Assembly (NCBI GenBank): GCA_964016885.1
Contig: OZ024748.1
Coordinates: 40,982,001 to 41,046,000, forward strand
Reading direction: 5' to 3'
Length of the DNA: 64,000 nt
Source: Eledone cirrhosa
Taxonomy: Eukaryota
Positions 53,001 to 64,000 of the stretch are shown here, piece by piece. The stretch's first letter is position 1. Each line of letters starts with the position of its first letter. The notes under the pieces are model-generated. The model did no database searches and was not told the DNA's origin. It saw only the letters and a program-made list of their open reading frames with translations. A program made the translations under genes and the position numbers.

Positions 53001-53545
53001 AGAGGCATTGTCCTATCTAGGGAGTGTCTACTTCAGCCACTGAAAGAGGTACTGTTCTACTGCAGCCACAGTGAAAGAGGTACTGTCCTACTTCAGCCAC
53101 AGTGAAAGAGGTACTGTCCTACTTCAGCCCCCGTGAAAGAGGTACTGTCCTACTACAGCCTCAGTGAAAGAAGTACTGTCCTACTTCAGCCACAGTGAAA
53201 GAGGTACTGTCCTATCTAGGGAGTGTCTACTTCAGCCACAGTGAAAGAGGTACTGTCCTAACTAAAGAGTGTGTACTTCAGCCACAGTGAATGTGGTACT
53301 GTCCTACTACAGCCACAGTGAAAGAGGAACTGTCCTATCTAGGGAGTGTCTACTTCAGCCATAGTGAAAGCGGTACTGTCCCACTTCAGCCACAGTGAAA
53401 GAGGTACTATCCTACTTCAGCCACAGTGAAAGAGGTACTATCCTACTTCAGTCACAGTGAAAGAGGTACTATCCTACTTCAGCCACAGTGAAAGGGGTAC
53501 TGTCCTACTTCAGCCACAGTGAAAGGGGTACTGTCCTAACCAGTG
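50095..53545. repeat. 31-bp satellite (cagccacagtgaaagaggtactgtcctactt), ~105 copies, with a recurrent ~15-bp insertion variant
   Basis: Direct inspection; the variant atctagggagtgtct is enriched at 52.2-53.4 kb. Confidence 0.97.
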
Positions 53546-53784
53546 AACCGACTGTGGATTATAACATTGGAAACCAACACACCTAAAACTACCCCTGGTT
53601 TTGTGATATATAACCGTTTATTTTTAAGGGTTTATAATTATCTAAAAACCTCCTATCCTAATTATGCAAGAGCCTTTTTTAAGTAACATTCCAAACACCA
53701 ATATGATAATGTTAGGTTATTAAATTCCCCTAAATTCTTGAATATATTCAAAAAGATTTGAAAATCATAAGCAGTATCTTGTAT

Positions 53785-54100
53785 TAGAAATATTGTAATG
53801 AAAGGGTTAATGACAGACAGTGTCTTTCATTAAAAATATGGTAATGAAAGGGTTAATGACATAGACAGTGTCTTTCATTAGAAATATGGTAATGAAAGGG
53901 TTAATGACATAGACAGTGTCTTTCATTAAAAATATGGTAATGAAAGGGTTAATGACATAGACAGTGTCTTTCATTAGAAATATGGTAATGAAAGGGTTAA
54001 TGACATAGACAGTGTCTTTTATTAGAAATATGGTAATGAAACGGTTAATGACATAGACAGTGTCTTTCATTAGAAATATTGCAATGAAAGGGTTAATGAG
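53785..54100. repeat. 48-bp tandem repeat (~6 copies) containing a MITE end (...gaaagggttaa)
   Basis: Unit atatggtaatgaaagggttaatgacatagacagtgtctttcattagaa; its reverse complement matches the single-copy sequence at ~30973-31010. Confidence 0.9.
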
Positions 54101-54349
54101 AACTCAAGAATGTACATGAAATACTTTTGTTTGACCCAAGAAAACTTAAACTCACGGAAGAATTAAAATGCAGAAAAGCAATGCCATGGTTCTGTTTTAC
54201 CTATATCACCATGGAAACAAAGAAAAGAAAAAAGACAATAGTAAGGAAAGTAGAATTTAAACAAGTTATAGTGGAGAAAATAAGCAAAAATATTTTCCAT
54301 TTCCAATTAGTAATTAAAGAAGCAGAGACAATTAATTAGTTGATTAAGC

Positions 54350-54580
54350 AGTGTAGTGTTGTGGTATATACAGTGTAGTGTTGTGGTTTAGTGTAGTGTT
54401 GTAGTATAGTGTACTGTTGTGGTAGAGTGTAGTGTAGTGGTATAGTGTAGTGTAGTGGTATAGTGTAGTGTTGTAGTATAGAGTAGTGTTGTTGTATATA
54501 GTGTTTTGGTATAGTGTACTGTTGTGTTATATTGTCATGTTGTGGTATAGTGCAGTGTTGTGGTATAGTGTAGTGTTGTA
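54350..54580. repeat. 18-bp minisatellite (gtgtagtgttgtggtata)
   Basis: Direct inspection. Confidence 0.9.
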
Positions 54581-57500
54581 ATACAGATGTAATCACTGTA
54601 ATATAGATGTAGTTACTGTAATACATATGTAGTTACTGTTACATTGATGTAGTTACTGTAATAGTGATGTAGATACTGTTATACAGATGTAGTTACTGTA
54701 ATATAGATGTAGTTTCTGTTATACAGATGTAGTAACTGTAATATAGATGTACTTACTGTAATACAGATGTAGTTACTGTAATACGGATGTAGTTACTGTT
54801 ATATAGATGTAGTTACTGTTATATAGATGTAGTTACTGTAATATAGATGTAGTTACTGTTATATTGATGTAGTTACTGTAATAGAGATGTAGTTACTGTT
54901 ATATAGATGTAGTTACTGTAATACCGATGTAGTTACAGTAATATAGATGTAGCTACTCTTATACAGATGTAATCACTGTAATATAGATGTAGTTACACTA
55001 ATATAGATTTAGTTACTGTTATATTGATGTAGTTACTGTAATACAGATGTAGTTACTGTTATAGTGATGTAGTTACTGTAATACAGATGTAGTTACTATT
55101 ACATTAATGTAGTTAGTGTAATAGTGATGTAGATACTGTTAAACAGATGTAGTTACTGTAATATAGATGTAGTTACTGTTATACAGATGTAGTAACTGTA
55201 ATATAGATGTAGTTACTGTAATATAGATGTAGTTACTCCTACACAGATGCAATCACTGTAATATAGATGTAGTTACTGTAGTACAGATGTAGTTACTTTT
55301 ATATTAATGTGGTTACTGTAATACAAATGTAGTTACTGTAATACAGACAGAAATAGTGTTATACAGATGTAGTTACTGTAATATAGATTTGTTACTGTTA
55401 TACAGATGTAGTCACTGTAATACAGATATAGTTACTGTAATACAGGTGTAGTTACTGTTATATAGATGTAGTTACTGTTATATAGATGTAGTTACTGTTA
55501 TATAGATGTAGTTACTGTAATGTAGATGTAGATACTGTTATACAGATGTAATCACTGTAATATATATATGTAGTTACTGTTATATAGATGAAATCCCTGT
55601 AATAGAGATGTAGTTACTGTTATACAGATGTAATCACTGTAATATAGATGTAGTTACTGTTATATAGATGTAATCACTGTAATATAGATGTAGTTACTGT
55701 TAAAACCGGTGTAGTTACTGTTATATAGATGTAGTTACTGTTATACAGATGTAAACACTGTAATATAGATGTAGTTACTCTAATATAGATGTAGTTACTG
55801 ATATATTGATGTAGTGACTGTTATATACATGTAGTTACTGTAATATAGACGTAGTTACTGTAATACCGATGTAATCACTGCAATATAGATGTAGTTACTG
55901 TAATATAGATGTAGTCACTGATATATTGATATAGTTACTGTAATATAGATGTAGTTACTGTTATATTGATGTAGTTACTGTAATACAGATGTAGTTACTG
56001 TAATATAGATTTAGTTACTGTTTCACAGATGTAATCACTGTGATATAGATGTAGTTACTGCAATACAGATGTAGTTACTGTTATATAGATATAGTTACTG
56101 TAATATAGATGTCGGTACTGTCATACAGATGTAATCACTGTAATATAGATGTAGTTACTGTAATAAGGATGTAGTTACTGTTATATTGATGTACTTACTG
56201 TAATACAGATGTAATCACTGTAATATAGATGTACTTACTGTAATACAGATGTAGTTACTGTAATTCAGATGTAGTTACTGTTACATTGATGTAGTTACTG
56301 TAATAGTGATGTAGATACTGTTATACAGATGTAGTTACTGTAATATAGATGTAGTTACTGTTATACAGATGTAGTCACTGTAATATAGATGTAGTTACTG
56401 TAATACATATGTAGTTACTGTAATACAGATGTAGTTACTGTTATATAGATATAGTTACTGTCATATAGATGTAGTTACTGTAATATTGATGTAGTTACTG
56501 TTATATTGGTGTAGTTACTGTAATACAGATGTAGTTACTATTATATAGATGTAGTTACTGTAATACAGATGTAGTTACTGTAATATAGATGTAGTTAATG
56601 TAATATAGATGTAGTTACTGTTTCACAGATGTAATCACTGTGATATAGATGTAGTTGCTGTAATACAGATGTAGTTACTGTTATATAGATGTAGTTACTG
56701 TAATATAGATGTAGTTACTCCTACACAGATGCAATCACTGTAATATAGATGTAGTTACTGTAGTACAGATGTAGTTACTTTTATATTGATGTAGTTACTG
56801 TAATACAGATGTAATCACTGCAATATAGATGTAGGTACTGTAATAAAGATGTAGTTACTGTAATATAGATGTAGGTACTGTAATAATAATAGTTTTATAG
56901 ATGTACTTACTGTTATATTGATGTAGTTACTGTAATACAGATGTAGTTACTGTAATACATATGTAGTTACTGTTACATTGATGTAGTTACTGTAATAGTG
57001 ATGTAGACACTGTTATACAGATGTAGTTACTGTAATATAGATGTAGTTACTGTTACACAGATTTAGTTACTGTTATATAGATGTAGTTACTGTAATATAG
57101 ATGCAGTTACTGTTATACAGATGTAATAACTGTAATATAGATGTAGTTACTGTTATATAGATGTAATCACTGTAATATAGATGTAGTTACTGTAACACCG
57201 ATGTAGTGACTGTCATATAGATGTAGTTACTGTAATGCAGATGTAGTTACTGTTATGTAGATGTAGTTAGTGTAATATAGATGTAGTTACAATTATACAG
57301 ATGTAATCACTGTAATATAGTTGTAGTTACTGTAATATAGATGTAGTTACTGTTATATTGAGGTAGTTACTGTAATACAGATGTAGTTACTGTAATACAG
57401 TTGTAGATAGTGTTATACAGATGTAGTTACTGTAATACAGATATGGTTACTGTTATATAGATATAGTTCCTGTAATATAGATATAGTTACTGTTATATAG

Positions 57501-60500
57501 ATGTAGTTACTGTAATATAGATGTAGTTACTGTAATATAGATGTAGTTACTATAATATAGATGTAGTTACTGTTATATAGATGTAGTTACTGTAATATAG
57601 ATGTAGTTACTGTAATAAAAATATAATAAACGTAATATAGATATAGTTACTGTAATACAGATGTAGTTACTGTTATATAGATGTAATTACTGTTATACAG
57701 ATGTAGTTACTGTTATACAGATGTAATCAATGTAATATAGATGTAGTTACTGTTATATAGATGTAGTTAGTGTAATATAGATGTAGCTACTGTTATATTG
57801 ATGAAGTTACTGTAAAACAGATGTAGATACTGTTATCCAGATGTAGTTACTGTAATATAGATGTAGTTACTGTTATACAGATGTAGTCACTGTAATATAG
57901 ATGTAGATACTGTTATATAGATGTAGTTACTGTTATATAGATGTATTTACTGTAATATATATGTAGTTACTGTAATACAGATGTAGTTACTGTTATACAG
58001 ATGTAGTTACTGTAATACAGGTGTAGTTACTGTAATATAGATGTAGTTACTGTAATATAGATGTAGTTACTGCTATAAATGTGTAATCTCTGTAATATAG
58101 ATGTAGTTACTCTAATATAGATGTAGTTACTGTTATATTGATGTAGTTATGTAATACAGATGTAACCACTGTAATATAGATGTAGTTACTGTAATACAGA
58201 TGTAGTTACTGTAATACAGAGGTAGTTACTGTTATACAGATGTAATCACTGTAATATAGATGTAGTTACTGTAATATAGATGTAGTTACTGTTATATAGA
58301 TGTAAGATAGATGTAGGTAATGTAATAACAGTAGTTATATAGATGTAGTTACTGTAATGCAGATGTAGTTACTGTTATATAGATGTAATCACTTTAATAT
58401 AGATGTAGTTACTGTAATACAGATGTAGTTACTGTTATATAGATGTAGTTACTGTTATACAGATGTAATCACTGTTATAGATGTAGTTACTGTAATATAG
58501 ATGTAGTTACTGTTATATTGATGTAGTTAATGTAATACAGATGTAGTTACTGTAATACAGATGTAGTTACTGTTATATAGATGTAGTTTCTGTTATACAG
58601 ATGTAGTAACTGTAATATAGATGTACTTACTGTAATACAGATGTAGTTACTGTAATACGGATGTAGTTACTGTTATATAGATGTAGTTACTGTTATATAG
58701 ATGTAGTTACTGTAATATAGATGTAGTTACTGTTATATTGATGTAGTTACTGTAATAGAGATGTAGTTACTGTTATATAGATGTAGTTACTGTAATACCG
58801 ATGTAGTTACAGTAATATAGATGTAGCTACTCTTATACAGATGTAATCACTGTAATATAGATGTAGTTACACTAATATAGATTTAGTTACTGTTATATTG
58901 ATGTAGTTACTGTAATACAGATGTAGTTACTGTTATAGTGATGTAGTTACTGTAATACAGATGTAGTTACTATTACATTGATGTAGTTAGTGTAATAGTG
59001 ATGTAGATACTGTTAAACAGATGTAGTTACTGTAATATAGATGTAGTTACTGTTATACAGATGTAGTAACTGTAATATAGATGTAGTTACTGTAATATAG
59101 ATGTAGTTACTCCTACACAGATGCAATCACTGTAATATAGATGTAGTTACTGTAGTACAGATGTAGTTACTGTTATATAGATGTAGTTACTGTTATATAG
59201 ATGTAGTTACTGTTATATAGATGTAGTCACTGTAATGTAGATGTAGATACTGTTATACAGATGTAATCACTGTAATATATATATGTAGTTACTGTTATAT
59301 ATATGAAATCCCTGTAACAGAGATGTAGTTACTGTTATACAGATGTAATCACTGTAATATAGATGTAGTTACTGTTATATAGATGTAATCACTGTAATAT
59401 AGATGTAGTTACTGTTAAAACCGATGTAGTTACTGTTATATAGATGTAGTTACTGTTATACAGATGTAAACACTGTAATATAGATGTAGTTACTCTAATA
59501 TAGATGTAGTTACTGATATATTGATGTAGTGACTGTTATATACATGTAGTTACTGTAATATAGACGTAGTTACTGTAATACTGATGTAATCACTGCAATA
59601 TAGATGTAGTTACTGTAATATAGATGTAGTTACTGTTATATTGATGTAGTTACTGTAATACTGATGAAGTTACTGTAATATAGATGTAGTTACTGTTTCA
59701 CAGATGTAATCACTGTGATATAGATGTAGTTACTGCAATACAGATGTAGTTACTGTTATATAGATATAGTTACTGTAATATAGATGTCGGTACTGTCATA
59801 CAGATGTAATCACTGTAATATAGATGTAGTTACTGTAATAAGGATGTAGTTACTGTTATATTGATGTACTTACTGTAATACAGATGTAATCACTGTAATA
59901 TAGATGTACTTACTGTAATACAGATGTAGTTACTGTAATTCAGATGTAGTTACTGTTACATTGATGAAGTTACTGTAATAGTGATGTAGATACTGTTATA
60001 CAGATGTAGTTACTGTAATATAGATGTAGTTACTGTTATAGAGATGTAGTCACTGTAATATAGATGTAGTTACTGTAATACATATGTAGTTACTGTAATA
60101 CAGATGTAGTTACTGTTATATAGATATAGTTACTGTCATATAGATGTAGTTACTGTAATATTGATGTAGTTACTGTTATATTGGTGTAGTTACTGTAATA
60201 CAGATGTAGTTACTATTATATAAATGTAGTTACTGTAATACAGATGTAGTTACTGTTTCACAGATGTAATCACTGTGATATAGATGTAATTGCTGTAATA
60301 CAGATGTAGTTACTGTTATATAGATGTAGTTACTGTAATATAGATGTAGTTACTCCTACACAGATGCAATCACTGTAATATAGATGTAGTTACTGTAGTA
60401 CAAATGTAGTTACTTTTATATTGATGTAGTTACTGTAATACAGATGTAATCACTGCAATATAGATGTAGGTACTGTAATACAGATGTAGTTACTGTAATA

Positions 60501-63500
60501 TAGATGTAAGTACTGTAATAACAATAGTTATATAGATGTAGTTACTGTAATAGTGATGTAGATACTGTTATACAGATGTAGTTACTGTAATATAGATGTA
60601 GTTACTGTTACACAGATGTAGTTACTGTTATATAGATGTAGTTACTGTAATATAGATGCAGTTACTGTTATACAGATGTAATAACTGTAATATAGATGTA
60701 GTTACTGTTATATAGATGTAATCACTGTAATATAGATGTAGTTACTGTAACACCGATTTAGTGACTGTCATATAGATGTAGTTACTGTAATATAGATGTA
60801 GTTACTGTTATACAGATGTAATCACTGTAATATAGATGTAGTTACTGTAATGCAGATGTAGTTACTGTTATATAGATGTAGTTACTGTAATGCAGATGTA
60901 GTTACTGTTATGTAGATGTAGTTACTGTAATATAGATGTAGTTACAATTATACAGATGTAATCACTGTAATATAGTTGTAGTTACTGTAATATAGATGTA
61001 GTTACTGTTATATTGAGGTAGTTACTGTAATACAGATGTAGTTACTGTAATACAGTTGTAGATAGTGTTATACAGATGTAGTTACTGTAATACAGATATG
61101 GTTACTGTTATATAGATATAGTTCCTGTAATATAGATATAGTTACTGTTATATAGATGTAGTTACTGTAATATAGATGTAGTTACTGTTATATAGATGTA
61201 GTTACTGTAATATAGATGTAGTTACTGTAATAAATATATAATAAACGTAATATAGATATAGTTACTGTAATACAGATGTAGTTACTGTTATATAGATGTA
61301 ATTACTGTTATACAGATGTAGTTACTGTTATACAGATGTAATCAATGTAATATAGATGTAGTTACTGTTATATAGATATAGTTACTGTTATATAGATGTA
61401 GTTACTGTAATATAGATGTAGTTAGTGTAATATAGATGTAGCTACTGTTATATTAATGAAGTTACTGTAAAACAGATGTAGATACTGTTATCCAGATGTA
61501 GTTACTGTAATATAGATGTAGTTACTGTTATACAGATGTAGTCACTGTAATATAGATGTAGATACTGTTATATAGATGTAGTTACTGTTATATAGATGTA
61601 TTTACTGTAATATATATGTAGTTACTGTAATACACATGTAGTTACTGTTATACAGATGTAGTTACTGTAATACAGGTGTAGTTACTGTAATATAGATGTA
61701 GTTACTGTAATATAGATGTAGGTACTGCTATAAATGTGTAATCACTGTAATATAGATGTAGTTACTCTAATATAGATGTAGTTACTGTCATATTGATGTA
61801 GTTATGTAATACAGATGTAACCACTGTAATATAGATGTAGTTACTGTAATACAGATGTAGTTACTGTAATACAGAGGTAGTTACTGTTATACAGATGTAA
61901 TCACTGTAATATAGATGTAGTTACTGTAATATAGATGTAGTTACTGTTATATAGATGTAAGATAGATGTAGGTAATGTAATAACAGTAGTTATATAGATG
62001 TAGTTACTGTAATGCAGATGTAGTTACTGTTATATAGATGTAATCACTTTAATATAGATGTAGTTACTGTAATACAGATGTAGTTACTGTTATATATATG
62101 TAGTTACTGTAATATAGATGTAGTTACTGTTATATTGATGTAGTTAATGTAATACATATGTAGGTACTGTAATACAGATGTAGTTACTGTTATATAGATG
62201 TAGTTACTGTAATATAGATGTAGTTACTGTAATATAGATGTAGTTACTGTTATACAGATGTAATCACTGTAATATAGATGTAGTTACTGTAATACAGATA
62301 TAATTACGGTAATATAGATATAGTTACTGTAATACAGATGTGGCTACGGTTATATAGATGTAGTTACTGTAATATAGATGTAGTTACTGTAATATAGATG
62401 TAGTTACTGTTATACAGATGTAATCACTGTAATATAGATGTAGTTACTGTTATACAGATGTAATCACTGTAATATAGATGTATTTACTGTTATATAGTTG
62501 TAATCACTGTAATATAGATGTAGTTACTGTAATACCGATGTAGTTACTGTTATATAGATGTAGCTACTGTAATACAGATGTAGTTACTGTTATACAGATG
62601 TAGTTACTGTAATAGATGTAGTTACTGTTATACAGATGTAGTTACTGTAATATAGATGTAGTTACTGTAATATAGATGTAGTTACTGTAATACAGATGTA
62701 GTTACTGTTATATAGATGTAGTTACTATAATATAGATGTAGTTACTGTAATATAGATGTAGTTACTGTAATACAGATATAATTACTGTAATATAGATATA
62801 GTTACTGTAATACTGATGTAGCTACTGTTATATAGATGTAGTTACTGTAATACTGATGTAGCTACTGTTATATAGATGTAGTTACTGTTATATTGATGTA
62901 GTTACTGTAAAACAGATGTAGATACTGTTATCCAGATGTAGTTACTGTAATATAGATGTAGTTACTGTTATACAGATGTAGTCACTGTAATATAGATGTA
63001 GTTACTGTAATACAGATGTAGTTACTGTAATACAGATGTAGTTACTGTAATAGAGATGTAGATACTGTTATATAGATGTAGTTACTGTTATATAGATGTA
63101 TTTACTGTAATATAGATGTAGTTACTGTTATATTGATGTAGTTATTATAATATAGATATAGTTACTGTTATATTGATGTAGTTACTGTTATATATATGTA
63201 GTTACTGTAATATAGATGTAGTTACTGCTATACAGATGTAATCACTGTAATATAGATGTTGTCACTCTAATATAGATGTAGTTACTGTTATATTGATGTA
63301 GTTATGTAATACAGATGTAGTTACTGTTATATTGATGTAGTTACTGTAATACAGATGTAGTTACTGTTATACAGATGTAATCACTCTCATATAGATATAG
63401 TTACTGTAATACAGATGTAGTTACTGTTATATGGATGTAGTTACTGTAATATAGATGTAGTTACTGTTATACAGATGTAATCACTGTAATATAGATGTAG

Positions 63501-64000
63501 TTACTGTAATATAGATGTAGTTACTGTTATATTGATGTAGTTACTGTATTACTGATGTAGTTACTGTAATACAGATGTAATCACTGTAATACAGATGTAG
63601 TTACTGTTATATAAATGTAATCACTGTAATATAGATGTAGTTACTGTAACACCGATGTAGTGAGTAATATAGATGTAGTTACTGTAATATAGATGTAGTT
63701 AATGTAATATTGATGTAGTTACTGTGATACGGATGTAATCACTGTGATATAGATGTAGTTACTGTAATACAGATGTAGTTACTGTTATACAGATGTAGTT
63801 ACTGTTATATTACTGTAATATAGATATAGTTAATATTATGCAGATGTAATCACAGTAATATAGATGTAGTTACTGTAATATAGATGTAGTTACTGTTATA
63901 GAGATGTACTAACTGTAATATAGATGTAGTTACTGTTATACAGATGTAATCACCGTAATATACATGTAGTTACTGTAATGCAGATGTACTTACTGTTATA
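54580..64000. repeat. 20-bp satellite (agatgtagttactgtWatat), >9.4 kb, runs off the window
   Basis: About 470 copies with ~3.7-kb higher-order duplication. Confidence 0.98.

Noticed and set aside
33645-53545. CRISPR-like arrays (31-41-bp repeats)
   Set aside because: Head-to-tail units with no unique spacers, no cas genes, and a eukaryotic context.

Overview
AT-rich eukaryotic genomic DNA. The repeat content (TA microsatellites, tRNA-SINEs, RTE/CR1/Tx1 LINEs, TTAA-MITEs) resembles a cephalopod/Octopus genome; this is inference. 1-21 kb holds the last six coding exons of a + strand lysosomal beta-mannosidase (MANBA, GH2) gene. Its introns contain the 5' part of a CR1-like LINE, a decayed RTE LINE, a near full-length Tx1/L1 element, a bipartite non-autonomous RTE, SINEs and MITEs. 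21-33 kb holds a CR1 3' fragment, a Penelope-like element (RT + GIY-YIG) with a hammerhead ribozyme, more SINEs/MITEs and candidate minus-strand micro-exons. 33.6-64 kb is a run of abutting satellites (41, 13/14, 35, 31, 48, 18 and 20 bp units), two with kb-scale higher-order duplications. Main observations: (i) a LINE whose AUG-less ORF2 overlaps a tandem-CCCH ORF1 in the -1 frame just after an in-frame U_UUU_UUA slippery heptamer; (ii) a Penelope-type hammerhead with a long stem II; (iii) four tandem arrays independently seeded by TE fragments. All coordinates and translations were read by hand.
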